NCBI GenBank assembly: GCA_040766535.1
Contig: JAXGQG010000008.1
Location: forward strand, 411 to 64,410
Reading direction: 5' to 3'
Source of the DNA: Dehalococcoidia bacterium
Lineage (GTDB): Bacteria > Chloroflexota > Dehalococcoidia > GIF9 > AB-539-J10
DNA length: 64,000 nt
The translations under genes were made by a program, and so were the position numbers. Below are positions 1-10,028 of this stretch, in pieces; positions within the stretch are counted from its first letter, which is position 1; the number at the start of each line of letters is the position of its first letter. The notes beneath the pieces are model-generated. The model was not told the DNA's origin and did not search any database. It saw only the letters and a program-made list of their open reading frames with translations.

Positions 1-1
1 T

Positions 2-364
2 GTTGAGAGCGACCCACCTACCAAGCATCTGCTCCATTACTCGCGGCTCTGGCTATCATCGAAGTGCGGTAGCGAAGCCGTCCTGAGCATCGGTAGTGGC
101 GTGGAATGGATGGAGAACCCGAAGTTCGCGGGGGTCATCTCAGTGATGCCCCATGGCTGTATGCCCGGCGGCATTGTGGCTGCCATGTCTGAGAAATTCA
201 GCTCTATGTATCAGAAGCCGTGGATCAACGTGACGTTCGACGGTATCATGGAGTCCGCCAACATCACGCGGATACAGAACTTCGCCGAGATAATCCGCTT
301 CTGCCGGGAGGAGAGCGGCCGGCCGGCGGCGAACGCCCGGGAATTGCTTGCGTCCGTACACTGA
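2..364 (+). CDS. 3' fragment of a gene that starts upstream of the window; hypothetical protein, possibly CoA-enzyme activase-related
   Basis: The frame of track ORF 101..364 stays open back to position 2 with no stop. No confident family assignment from memory. Confidence 0.4.
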   Translation, partial: VESDPPTKHLLHYSRLWLSSKCGSEAVLSIGSGVEWMENPKFAGVISVMPHGCMPGGIVAAMSEKFSSMYQKPWINVTFDGIMESANITRIQNFAEIIRFCREESGRPAANARELLASVH

Positions 365-428
365 GAGCACGACGGCGGCATCGGTTCACTCAACGGTGCC
401 ACAGTGACGACGAGGGATAACCTGGTCA

Positions 429-1614
429 ATGCGAGCTGAGATTATCTGCATCGGCAGCGAACTTCTGCTCGGTGATATCGCAGACACCAACACTCAGTAC
501 GTCGCTCGTCGTTTGTCCGCACTTGGTATCGATCTGTTCTACAGTACGGCAGTCGGCGACAACCTCGGCCGCCTCGTGGACTGTCTCAGGCGCGGTTTCG
601 AGCGCTCCGACCTCATTCTCACCAGCGGCGGTCTCGGGCCTACCGAGGACGATTTGACGCGTGAAGGCATTGCCGCACTCGTGGGGGAGACGCCGGCAGT
701 GGATGAGTCACTGGCAAAGGCATTGCGGCAGTTCTTCGCGGCCCGGCGGATCGAGATGACCGCAAACAATCTCAAGCAAGCGTGGCTGATACCCTCGGCA
801 ACTGCCATCCGCAATGTGCGCGGCACCGCCCCGGGCTGGTGGGTGAGAAAGGGGGGCAAACAGATCATCGCCATGCCCGGGCCGCCCGGCGAACTGCACA
901 CCATGTGGGAAGGCGAGGTGGAGGCGCGCCTCGGTGACGGGCTGTCCGTGATTCGTTCTCGCACGCTGAAACTCTTCAATATCTCCGAATCACGTGTTGA
1001 TGAGTTGCTCAAGACGCTCACGTCGGCTGCCAACCCGTCGGTCGGTATCTACGCGAAACAGGACGGCATACATGTGCGCATTACGGCCAAAGCCGACTGC
1101 GTGCGGTCGGCACAGCAGGCGATAGAGCCGGTTGAGGTCGAGGTGCGGCGGATTATAGGGGACTCGGTCTGGGGCACGGATGACGATACTCAGGAGGCCA
1201 CTGCGGCCGCGCTTGTTGCAGCCAGCGGCTTGACGCTCGCCATAGGCGAAGGGATTACATGCGGGCAGGTGGCGTCTCTCATTGGTGGGGTGTCCGGCAG
1301 CGATTCATGGTCTCCGTGGGGCGACTGTCCTCTCCGGGGCTGGGCTGAACGTGATGCTGTGGGACTGGCTTCCAGGGTATGCCGTGAATACCACGCCGAC
1401 CTCGGACTCGCGGTCTGCGGCTGGCCGGTGGTCGACGCTGACGACGGCTATGGATGAGCTGCTCATCGCTCTGGTTGAGCCGGCGCGAGACCACGTTAGA
1501 ACGGGCTCATTCCGTTCAAGGCACCACATTGTGCGGGCTCTTGGTGCGTACTACGCTCTCCACGAGCTGCGAGGCGCTCTGGTGGAACGTTCACGCATAC
1601 CGCGCCAGCCGTGA
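429..1614 (+). pseudogene. cinA: CinA-family competence/damage-inducible protein (MoCF domain plus NMN-deamidase C-domain), interrupted by an apparent +1 frameshift near 1430-1457
   Basis: The N-terminus MRAEIICIGSELLLGD and SGGLGPTEDD are typical CinA. ORF 429..1457 stops early at GWPVVDADDGYG. The expected C-terminus (LLIALVEPARDHVRTGSFRSRHHIVRALGAYYALHELRGAL, like CinA VWIAV..FRFRGDRE..IR) continues in track ORF 1282..1614 in another frame. Confidence 0.7.
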
Positions 1615-1743
1615 CAGGTGACAGGTTCGAGCGGCCATCACGTCGCTACGTTGCAGTGCGGCAGTCTCTGTTGCGTGTGCGTTCGTAGCCGTTGTATCAT
1701 AACGGTCCGGGAACCCCCGGTACTCGTGTCACGTTCCACACGC

Positions 1744-1815
<72 letters not shown>

Positions 1816-2085
1816 CTCTTCCATTCTCCTTGAACAGGCAGGTTCTTCCGCGTGCCCGTTGGCTCCTGGTTGTCGGCCCGTTGTCTCAAGGCATGGTGTC
1901 GCTCCCGCGATCGGATAGCGGGGCCGTCCGGAAGTGGCGGTCTGTCAATTCGGACGGCAGGCTCGGGTCGGCGAACGCGGGTACCTGACATAATGCTCTT
2001 CCGACGGCAGCGCGCGTTGATGCGTTGGGGGGAGAGGTGGGTATCTGTCATGCGCTCTGGATGCTGATGCGCAAGCGCACGCCCT

Positions 2086-3021
2086 CTACGGCCGTGCCCG
2101 CGGATGGTACTTCCGCTGAGTCTCCTCGGCATAGCGGTCTGACGCATGCACGTAGCGCGTAGTGGTCTCGAGGGATTCGTGACCCAGCAGTATCTGCAGT
2201 GCCGCGGGGTTGGCGCCTTCCTCCGCCAGGTAGGTGGCGAATCCATGACGGAGGGAATGGGCGGAGGTGGGCACATTGATCTGCAGCTTCTGACGGTAGT
2301 GTTTGATGCGTTCCTGCACATAGTTCGTCGATATGCGTCTGCGTGGGTTGTTCACGTTCCGGCCTGCGTACGGAATGAACAGCGCCGGGGCGCTATCAGT
2401 CCGCGTCGCCAGGTAGGCATCAAGATGGAGCCGAGCGCGCTCCGTCAAGTAGACAAAGCGCTGTTTCCGGCCCTTGCCCGTGATGAATATGCGGCCGGAA
2501 CCGTCGATCTGGGCCCTCCTCAGTCCGCACAGCTCTGAGATGCGCATACCGGTGGCGAGAAGCACCTCCAGCATCGCCCGGTTGCGTGCCGCCACGCGGG
2601 CATCCGATTCGAATCGGCTCGGAGATTCAACCAGTGCTGTCAGTGCATCCAGTTCGGCCACCTGAGGATGCTTCCTGGTGGCTTTCGTAAGCTGTATGGC
2701 ATCCGGAGCCAGCGGACAGGGCAGATCTCGGTCGATAAGGAACTTGAGGTAGGACCGCAACGCTGACAGCATGCGGTTGACCGAGCGGGCATCCAGAGTC
2801 CCGTCCTCGGGGTGTTCACCAGAGGCAGTCTCACGGTCGGAAGATGCCAGGTAGGCCTTGTAGTACGTGATCTCGCGTTTGGTCAGAAGAGCGAAATCGA
2901 AGTGGCTTTCGTCGAGAAAGCGCTCAAACACCCGAAGATCACGCTCATAGTTGTAGATCGTCCGCGGCGAGTAGTTAGCCGCCTGCAGGTGCAGTAGGAA
3001 TTCGTCCAGGGCGGGGAGCAT
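2086..3021 (-). CDS. tyrosine site-specific recombinase, XerC/XerD-like
   Basis: 311 aa. N-terminal core-binding-like region and a C-terminal catalytic region with LRHGFATYL..LLGHESLETTTRYVHA (R..HxxR..Y pattern). Confidence 0.85.
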   Translation of the reverse strand: MLPALDEFLLHLQAANYSPRTIYNYERDLRVFERFLDESHFDFALLTKREITYYKAYLASSDRETASGEHPEDGTLDARSVNRMLSALRSYLKFLIDRDLPCPLAPDAIQLTKATRKHPQVAELDALTALVESPSRFESDARVAARNRAMLEVLLATGMRISELCGLRRAQIDGSGRIFITGKGRKQRFVYLTERARLHLDAYLATRTDSAPALFIPYAGRNVNNPRRRISTNYVQERIKHYRQKLQINVPTSAHSLRHGFATYLAEEGANPAALQILLGHESLETTTRYVHASDRYAEETQRKYHPRARP

Positions 3022-3412
3022 CCGCGCACCTCCTGATGTATCGCGCTGTGAATGGAAGACGACCGACGCATATTGGAACTGAGTATAACAGTGGTGCCAC
3101 GCAGTCCCACTGGAAAGTCAACCTATGGCCCAACCTGAGGTATTTCGAGGTTTTGCCTATTTGGCAAGTGCTGCCGTGGAAGCACCTCCCGACCCCGACA
3201 CTCAGTCGCATGGATCACTGTAGAAGGTCCCACTGGGTTTCCGTCGCTGAGCCAGCCTGCAGCACTGTTGACGAAACCATTGGCCATGTGAACATTCCCT
3301 CATCTGCCGCCGCTGTCGGGCCATCTTGAGGCGCTCTGCGGCATAAGTCTCAACCGAGCAGCGGCCCTGAGCGTCTCGGAGGTCTTTTACCATGTTCGCC
3401 TGCAGCCACGAG

Positions 3413-3502
3413 GTCTCTCAAGCCGACGGAGCGGCAAGATGGACTCGTCAAATCAGGGTGCATGTGAGCCAAACCCTCATGTACCGTCGTTTTCGCGCCA
3501 TT
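3413..3502. repeat. imperfect direct repeat copy A (~90 bp, core CATGTGAGCCAAACCCTCATGTACCGTCGTTTTCGCGCCATTTTGAGCCAATTTGGAGGCA)
   Basis: Aligns at about 85-88% identity with 3597..3693, period about 183 bp, in a non-coding stretch upstream of the recombinase. Confidence 0.7.
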
Positions 3503-3596
3503 TTGAGCCAATTTGGAGGCACCGCGTTCCTGACGGGCCTGTGAGCGGACAGGCTTCTCTATTTTGTCGGCGGATGCGTCCCGGTGGTCTCTCAAT

Positions 3597-3693
3597 CCGA
3601 CGGTGGAGCCCGACGGACTCATCCAAATGAGAGGGCATGTGACCAAACCCTCATGTAACCTCGTTTTCGCGCCATTTCGAGCCATTTTGGAGG
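3597..3693. repeat. imperfect direct repeat copy B
   Basis: Core CATGTGACCAAACCCTCATGTAACCTCGTTTTCGCGCCATTTCGAGCCATTTTGGAGGCA matches copy A. Confidence 0.7.
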
Positions 3694-4393
3694 CATTGTC
3701 TCGTGGAGGGCAATGTCCCCGTGGCTGCGTGTGGGCTGCCCGTTCCGCTGTCGGCAGAGGCGTCCACGCGTCCGGCCGATTCAGCCCGCCCGTGCGAGGA
3801 CAATCAGGTGTCGCTGACGACCGACCGCGTTGCCTGCGACATGGGCATGCGCAGTTGGTCCGGGCGGCGCCAACGAACCGTTCATCGTTCGGCCCGGCAC
3901 ATGGGCGATGCTCTGTGCCTGCATCCGGCGGATCCCCAGGGCGTCTGCATGAGGTGCTCCGGCGTGCATTTCGAAAGTCGACGCGGTTGCTCAGGTCAGG
4001 TTCCGGGAGCGAACCTGGCCTCTGCTTCTGCGCTGCTGGGTCCGCTGCTGAAGACACTGCCCAGTTGGCTCGTTGCATGCTGCCGCCACGTTGGGTTCTC
4101 GGTGTGGCCGTCCTGCGGAATTCGCCAGCGTTGCGTAGGCGTTGACTGCAGCCTGACCAGGGTGCACGAAACAGGTGCACGTTACTGTCGAGGCCGCTGC
4201 CGGCAGCTTCTCCACTCAGGAAGTGCAGTGAGAGGTTGGCAGCGGAAGAAGCAGGCTTATGTCAGGTTGCACATCTCAGCGTTCTATCTCGACGCGGCTG
4301 ACTGCGGTCGCCACATCCGGCGGGCCTTCAGCATGGTTGCCCGGCGGCGGTATCGCAGGTACAATCGAAGTCTCTTTGTACAGGGAGGTCCTA

Positions 4394-4701
4394 TGGCTAT
4401 CGCCAAACTGGTTGTTATGGAGGTCGTCAGCCCGGGCACAGTCCGAGGCGATGACGGCAAGCTGTACGTACTGCGTGGTGTTCCAGACGTGGAGGAGGAA
4501 TTCGTCCGCTTCGAACAGGCCCGCGCGCTGGTAGCACACTCTCTGGCCGGCAAAGAACTGTCCTTCGATGAGGACACGTCCAGGGAACTCAACGAGTTGC
4601 CCGGGCTGGATATCGTTGCGCTGGACTCACATGGCGTGCCCGTGACCCCGAAGCTTGCGGCCCTGGTGGCGGGGGTGCTGTCGGGGCACCCACTGCGCTA
4701 G
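4394..4701 (+). CDS. hypothetical small protein (102 aa)
   Basis: ATG preceded by a GGAGG Shine-Dalgarno (cagGGAGGtcctATG). It is the in-frame tail of track ORF 3703..4701. Upstream of it that long ORF is Arg/Cys-rich and does not look coding. Confidence 0.5.
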
Positions 4702-4749
4702 CCCAGCACTACGTGGCCCGTTTGTTCCGCCGGCGGTGTGCCAGGTGAA

Positions 4750-4770
4750 GAGGCGGCTAGAAGCCGCCTC
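4750..4770 (+). terminator. stem-loop GAGGCGGC-tagaa-GCCGCCTC followed by a T-rich run
   Basis: Perfect 8-bp GC-rich inverted repeat after the stop of the 4394..4701 gene. It overlaps the 3' end of the convergent gene 4757..5002. Confidence 0.55.
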
Positions 4771-5002
4771 TCATTCTTGTGCTGCTGGTGATGTTGACCT
4801 CGATCTGCTGGGAGCATTTGGGGCAGGTCAGTTCGATAGTCAGGGGCTTCTCCATCACTCGCTGGACCAGCGTAGTAACGATGGAGTCCAGGTTGTCCAG
4901 CCGGTCATCGAGCATCTTCACGCGCCTGCTGAGTTGCTCGATGTCCGCCTTGGAGAGGCCTGCGCCGTGGCCACCTTTGTCCTGCTCCCGTTTGTCTGCC
5001 AA
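4757..5002 (-). CDS. hypothetical small coiled-coil protein with a C-terminal CPKC zinc-ribbon motif (81 aa)
   Basis: ORF with a charged, coiled-coil-like N-half and CPKC near the C-terminus. One base separates it from the gene directly upstream. Confidence 0.5.
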   Translation of the reverse strand: MADKREQDKGGHGAGLSKADIEQLSRRVKMLDDRLDNLDSIVTTLVQRVMEKPLTIELTCPKCSQQIEVNITSSTRMRGGF

Positions 5003-5003
5003 G

Positions 5004-5324
5004 TCAGAGTCCTCTCTCTATCACGCCAAGTGACTCGAGTTCCGACCTGTCCTGCTGGATGAGCGAGTCCACCTTCTCCGATACCGTCTTCTCCAGGTAC
5101 TTTCGGAAGGACTCACGGGCCGCAGGTGAGGATCTGACCGCCTTCTTCACGTCATCCCACTCATCCGTAATGACTCTGTTGATCTGGTCCGGCGTGATCG
5201 GCTCGCTGCCCTCACACATAGCCTCAACGTTCTCAAGTACGCGCGAGACCATGGTCCGCTTCAACCGGTCAAAGGAAAATACCTCTTCCCACGTATAGGG
5301 CTTCTGATGCTTCTTCTCAACCAT
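5004..5324 (-). CDS. hypothetical protein (106 aa), first gene of a two-gene small-protein operon
   Basis: ORF with plausible coding composition. Its stop is 1 bp from the next start. Confidence 0.5.
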   Translation of the reverse strand: MVEKKHQKPYTWEEVFSFDRLKRTMVSRVLENVEAMCEGSEPITPDQINRVITDEWDDVKKAVRSSPAARESFRKYLEKTVSEKVDSLIQQDRSELESLGVIERGL

Positions 5325-5544
5325 GTTGCCGAGACCTCCAATCGCTAGTGCAGGTACGAGCTAATAATAGGTAGCCTCATAGGGCGTGTCAAGGTACGTG
5401 AGTGTGTCACGCGGGCTTTCAATCCGGGTGGTATGGTCCCGGCGAGGTTGCCTCTGGCTGGCTGTTCGGCAAGTCCATTGCGCCTCACACCACACGGTGC
5501 TACATTTGGGGCTGGCAGCTTGAGAACAAGCCTGGAGGAAGACG

Positions 5545-5799
5545 ATGGAAGAGATCGAGGTTGGCCGAATCTCAGACTTCTTTGCCAAGCCGGTGGTCGC
5601 GGGAGTAGCGCTGCATGGCCCCCTCAAGGCGGGTGATCTCATCCGTATCAAGGGAGCCACAACCGATCTCGAATTCGTGCTCTCATCGATGCAGATCGAA
5701 CACGTATCGGTGGTCGAGGCGAAGGCGGGAGACCTCATCGGGATAAAGGTGCCCGACCGCGTTCGCCCCGGAGATCACGTCTACAAGGTCATCGGATAG
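5545..5799 (+). CDS. small EF-Tu domain-2-like protein (translation elongation factor-like protein family)
   Basis: 84 aa. [67 protein letters not shown] matches the conserved pattern of this small beta-barrel family. Confidence 0.65.
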   Translation: MEEIEVGRISDFFAKPVVAGVALHGPLKAGDLIRIKGATTDLEFVLSSMQIEHVSVVEAKAGDLIGIKVPDRVRPGDHVYKVIG

Positions 5800-6256
5800 C
5801 GCGCATCAGGTTCGCCATTTCTATCGCGCTCAGTGCGGCCGCGAATCCTCTGTTGCCTTCCTTCGCGCCCGCTCGCTGAATGGCTTGCTCAAGCGTGTCC
5901 GCTGTTATCACACCCTGAATCACGGGCAGGCCGGAGTCAAGGGAAACCTTGGCTATTCCCTTGTTTACCTCTGACGCAACGTAGTCGAAATGCGGCGTAC
6001 CGCCGCGGATCACGGCGCCCAGGCAGATGAGTGCATCGTACTCTCCGGTCTCGGCAAGTGCCTTTGCGACCAGTGGAATCTCGAAGCTCCCCGGACACCA
6101 GGCGACATCAACTGACTCGCCAGACACGCCGTGACGTTTGAGCGCGTCCCGGGCGCCGTCCAGCAGCCTGAGGGTGATCATCTCGTTGAACCGGGCGACG
6201 ATGACCGCGAAGCGAAGTCCTTCGCCGGTTAGCATGCCCTCAAACGATTTGGCCAT
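5789..6256 (-). CDS. ribH: 6,7-dimethyl-8-ribityllumazine synthase
   Basis: [25 protein letters not shown].. is typical RibH. Start chosen at the ATG after the GAGGAGG RBS (the track ORF begins 8 codons earlier). Confidence 0.9.
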   Translation of the reverse strand: MAKSFEGMLTGEGLRFAVIVARFNEMITLRLLDGARDALKRHGVSGESVDVAWCPGSFEIPLVAKALAETGEYDALICLGAVIRGGTPHFDYVASEVNKGIAKVSLDSGLPVIQGVITADTLEQAIQRAGAKEGNRGFAAALSAIEMANLMRAIR

Positions 6257-7465
6257 TCTTCTCCTCCTCATGGATTCCAAGCCGGTGGCCCAGCTTCTCT
6301 TGCTTGGTCTTCAGGTAGCGTTCGTTGTAGGGGTTACACGCCACGACAAGGGGAACGGTCTCGACGATCTCGATTCCGTAGCTTTCAAGGCCGATCACTT
6401 TCCGTGGGTTGTTGGTGAGCAAACGTATTTTATGGAGGCCAAGGTTGGCCAGGATTTGCGCGCCGACTCCGTAGTCCCGCAGGTCAGCGGGAAACCGAGT
6501 GCGAGATTCGCTTCGACGGTATCCAGTCCCTGGTCCTGGAGTTCGTAGGCGCGAAGCTTGTTATGGAAGCCGATGCCCCGTCCTTCCTGCCTCATGTACA
6601 CCAGTACGCCTCTTCCCTCATCCGCGATGCGCTGCAGGGCCATCGCGATCTGCTCTCCGCAATCACAGCGGCAACTCCCGAACACGTCACCGGTGAGGCA
6701 TTCGCTGTGCACGCGCACGAGCACCGGATCGCCGTTTGTCACATCTCCTTTGACGAGTGCGACGTGTTCGTTGCTGTCAACGCTGCTCTTAAACGCAACC
6801 GCAAGAAACTCACCGTACCTGGTGGGAAGCCTGGCCTCGGCCACCTTGCGTACCAGTGACTCGTGCCGACTGCGGTACGCGATGAGGTCCCTTATGGATA
6901 TGATGTTGAGTCCATGCTTCTGTGCCACCAGTTCAAGCTGTGGTAATCGGGCCATAGTGCCGTCTTCATTCATGATCTCGCAGATGACGCCCGCCGGGTA
7001 CAGTCCCGCCAGCCGCGCAAGGTCAACGATTGCCTCTGTATGGCCGGCGCGTGCCAGCACACCGCCCTCACGGGCGCGTATCGGAAAGATGTGTCCCGGA
7101 CGCGCGATATCTGCTGCTGTCGTGCCTGGATCCAGTACGGTCTTAATGGTGGTGGCGCGGTCTTCGGCGGATATGCCGGTCGCGACGCCCCGCTTGGCTT
7201 CGATCGACACTGTGAAAGCGGTGCAGTTCTTCGACGTGTTCTCCTGCACCATAAGCGGGATGCCCAGTTGATCCAATCGGTCTCCGATAATGGGCAGACA
7301 GATGAGGCCACGGCCTTCCCTGGCCATGAAGTTGATGCCATCCGGCGTCACCTTCTCAGCCGCGATGGCAAGATCACCCTCGTTCTCCCGGTTCTCATCG
7401 TCTACGATGATGACGAATCGGCCCTTCCTCATATCCTCTAGAGCATCTTCGATATGTGCAAGCAT
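6240..7465 (-). pseudogene. ribBA: bifunctional DHBP synthase / GTP cyclohydrolase II (RibBA) with an apparent 1-bp deletion near 6511 splitting the C-terminus into a second frame
   Basis: ORF 6395..7465 has RibB (..[11 protein letters not shown]..) and RibA (..[18 protein letters not shown]..) motifs, then ends abnormally after [17 protein letters not shown]. The expected tail [38 protein letters not shown] is read in track ORF 6240..6422. The DNA reads GGTTTCCCGCTGACCTG where GGTTTCCCGGCTGACCTG would restore the frame. Confidence 0.8.
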
Positions 7466-7480
7466 GTTGTGACTATCACC

Positions 7481-8110
7481 TCAGTATCCGTGTTGTCTCA
7501 GAAACTCCCATGTGATTCCGGAAGCACCACCTGGTTCCGTTTGCTGCAGACGTTCGAGGTAGCGCGCAACGACGTCAACTTCGAGATTGACTGCCTGTCC
7601 CGGCCGCGCGAGACCAAGTGTTGTGTGCTCAGAAGTATAAGACACAAGCGATACGGCGAACGAATCCGAGTCCAGTCTGGCGACTGTCAGACTGACGCCA
7701 TCGACCGCCACCGAGCCCTTGAAGGCAATGTACCGCATGACTTCGGCAGGAGCCTGTATGGAGACCATGCGCGCTTCTTCTTCTGGCACGATCGAGACGA
7801 TGTTCCCGACACCATCGACGTGTCCCAGCACGATATGCCCTCCAAGACGCGTCTCGGGTGTGACGGCGCGCTCAAGGTTCACGGAATCGCCGGCGGCAAG
7901 GGATCCCAGGTTGGAGCGCCGCAGTGTCTCTGGCATCACTGATGCGCGAAAAGACCGCGAGCCTACCTCAGTGACGGTGAGACAGACGCCGCTGACGGAG
8001 ATGCTGTCGCTGACAACCGTGTCCGAGAGGATCTCGCGTGCCTCGACCGCGATGTGATGAGGACCCAGCTCAAGAACCGTACCGATCTCTTCAACTATGC
8101 CGCTGAACAT
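7481..8110 (-). CDS. ribE: riboflavin synthase alpha subunit
   Basis: MFSGIVEEIGTV..VSGVCLTV..GHIVLGHVDG.. is typical. Confidence 0.9.
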   Translation of the reverse strand: MFSGIVEEIGTVLELGPHHIAVEAREILSDTVVSDSISVSGVCLTVTEVGSRSFRASVMPETLRRSNLGSLAAGDSVNLERAVTPETRLGGHIVLGHVDGVGNIVSIVPEEEARMVSIQAPAEVMRYIAFKGSVAVDGVSLTVARLDSDSFAVSLVSYTSEHTTLGLARPGQAVNLEVDVVARYLERLQQTEPGGASGITWEFLRQHGY

Positions 8111-9225
8111 GCGTCGGCTGTCGCTTTCTTCACGTACCCGCTGATGAGAACGTTATCGGCGAAGTTCTTAATCTCAACACGGTCGAGAGACAGTGCCTCT
8201 GCGATGGACATGGCGCCATTGCCGCCCACCGCGGTACGTCCATCACTGCCACCGATCACGATCGGAGCGATGAACGCGAGGACCTTGTCGACCAGGCCGT
8301 GATCGAATGCGTAGCCAAGAAGCTCGCTTCCGCCCTCGAGCAGGACCGTGGATATCTGCCGTTCACCGACCGTCCTGAGGACGGCCTCGAGGTCAACCAG
8401 TCCTTCGTGTCCGGGAAGCACGATGACCTCGACGCCGAGGCTCTCCAGTTGACGCTGCTTGGCCTCATCCACGGGGGCGGTCCACACCACAAGTGTGTGC
8501 CCCGGCTGAGTGAACGTCCGGGACTGGACCGGGGCTCTGCCCGATCCGTCAACGATTATGCGGAGTGGCTGCTTGGATGTTGTTCCGCTCTTTCCACCAC
8601 ATCCACGCGCAGTGAGCTTGGGGTCGTCGGTGATGAGTGTGTTCACTCCGATCATGATGGCATCTACGGTATGGCGAACACCGTGGACGTAGCACCGTGC
8701 CTGCTCATTGCTGATCCAGTGAGAATCACCGGTCTTTGTGGCGATCTTGCCGTCGAGGCTCATGGCGAACTTGGCGATAACGAACGGGATGCCCGTCGAG
8801 ATGTATTTCAGATAGGCTTCGTTGATTTCGCGAGCCTCACCTTCATGTGCGCCAACACATGTCTTGACGCCGGCGGCGTTGAGTTCCGCGATACCGTTGC
8901 CCGAAACCAGGGGATTGGGATCAACCAGCGCGACGTGCACCTCCGCGATGCCTGCCGCAATGATGGCCCGCGTGCACGGTGGGGTCCTGCCGAAATGACA
9001 GCATGGCTCAAGGGTTACGTACATGGAGGCGCCGCGCGCCCTCTCCCCTGCCTGCGCCAGCGCCACTACTTCGGCGTGAGGCCCACCAACAGGCTGCGTG
9101 TAGCCCATGCCCACAACCTGTCCATCCTTGACTATGACCGCCCCGACCGCCGGGTTGGGGCTCGAGTAGCCGCAGGCGAGCCTCGCCAGAGACAAAGCAC
9201 ACTGCATATGTGTTGAGGTAGGCAT
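8095..9225 (-). CDS. ribD: bifunctional diaminohydroxyphosphoribosylaminopyrimidine deaminase / 5-amino-6-(5-phosphoribosylamino)uracil reductase
   Basis: The CDA zinc motif HAEV..LEPCCHFGRTPPC and a reductase domain are present. Start set at ATG 9225 after the AAGGAGAG RBS (the track ORF runs further upstream). Confidence 0.85.
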   Translation of the reverse strand: MPTSTHMQCALSLARLACGYSSPNPAVGAVIVKDGQVVGMGYTQPVGGPHAEVVALAQAGERARGASMYVTLEPCCHFGRTPPCTRAIIAAGIAEVHVALVDPNPLVSGNGIAELNAAGVKTCVGAHEGEAREINEAYLKYISTGIPFVIAKFAMSLDGKIATKTGDSHWISNEQARCYVHGVRHTVDAIMIGVNTLITDDPKLTARGCGGKSGTTSKQPLRIIVDGSGRAPVQSRTFTQPGHTLVVWTAPVDEAKQRQLESLGVEVIVLPGHEGLVDLEAVLRTVGERQISTVLLEGGSELLGYAFDHGLVDKVLAFIAPIVIGGSDGRTAVGGNGAMSIAEALSLDRVEIKNFADNVLISGYVKKATADACSAA

Positions 9226-9394
9226 CCCGGCTCTCCTTATCCTCTCCCGGTACGGTCGCGTGTGGCAACTGGCCTGGGAGCACGGGTCACCACAACGATA
9301 TACGCGCAAGAGTCGCAAGTCAAACTTGCCCGCGAAGACAGGCATCCTTCGCTGGAAGGCAAATTCTGGAAACCGCCTGCGAATGCGCCTGCCG

Positions 9395-9703
9395 TCAATG
9401 CTGAAGCTTGGCAGCCACGGATTCCAGTTTGCCCTTCATACTGAGCACCTTGTCTCTTCGGTCGTCTATCTTCACCAGTGTCAGCGCGCGCTGCACCGTC
9501 CCGTCGAACATGCACTCGTGGACTTCTCGAATCACCGCCAGCACGTCATCAAGCTCCCCCTCCAGGATGGTGCTCATCGGGGTCAGCATGGACTTGACTT
9601 CCGTATGCCGCGCGATCACCTTCTCAGCTCGCGCAACGTAGTTGCTGACTGATGGGCCTACTCCTGAAGGGACTACGGTCAGTTCTGCGATAACCATGTA
9701 CAC
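9395..9703 (-). CDS. MTH1187/YkoF-family (DUF77) putative thiamine-binding protein
   Basis: 102 aa. MYMVIAELTVVPSGVG..SVSNYVA beginning and size fit the family. Confidence 0.6.
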   Translation of the reverse strand: MYMVIAELTVVPSGVGPSVSNYVARAEKVIARHTEVKSMLTPMSTILEGELDDVLAVIREVHECMFDGTVQRALTLVKIDDRRDKVLSMKGKLESVAAKLQH

Positions 9704-9718
9704 CTCACGCGGGGCCCA

Positions 9719-10009
9719 TTATGCGCCGCCGACTCCTCTGTACCGGTTCAGCGTCTCCATCATGGAAACGTAGTCCTTCTCCTCAGGTGATGCCGCCACC
9801 TCCCTGGCTGGACGCGGTTGAGGCGCTCTGTCTGCTTTCCTGACATCGGAAGGACTGTGTGCCGTCAGCCATACCGTAAGCGCCTCGACAACGATATCTC
9901 GAACGGTACGTCGATGCTCAACGGCGGCGATCTTGAGGCATTTCACGAGTTCCTCGCTCCCAAGATCGACCGTCATGCGTGTACTCTTACCTGCCACAGG
10001 CTCCTCCAT
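9719..10009 (-). CDS. ribbon-helix-helix (CopG/Arc-like) small DNA-binding protein
   Basis: MTVDLGSEELVKCLKIAAVEHRRTVRDIVVEALTVWL has the RHH pattern. The start is uncertain (the track ORF extends to 10105). Confidence 0.5.
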   Translation of the reverse strand: MEEPVAGKSTRMTVDLGSEELVKCLKIAAVEHRRTVRDIVVEALTVWLTAHSPSDVRKADRAPQPRPAREVAASPEEKDYVSMMETLNRYRGVGGA

Positions 10010-10028
10010 TGCGCCGCAAGGTCGCTCC

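Noticed and set aside
3350-4180. 276-aa minus-strand ORF, and the overlapping plus-strand ORFs 3564..4145 and 3703..4393, in the repeat-containing region
   Set aside because: Extremely Arg/Pro/Cys/Gly-rich, mutually overlapping, no RBS and no family resemblance. The region is better explained as non-coding DNA with direct repeats. Only the 3' part 4394..4701 looks like a gene.
3022-4393. Integron interpretation (intI plus attI plus attC-bounded cassettes)
   Set aside because: The recombinase is XerD-like in length (311 aa) with no obvious IntI-specific insertion. The direct repeats are not imperfect palindromes with GTTRRRY core sites.
9226-9394. Expected FMN riboswitch upstream of ribD
   Set aside because: Conserved FMN-aptamer core motifs are not found on the minus strand by eye; only a weak 3'-end resemblance.
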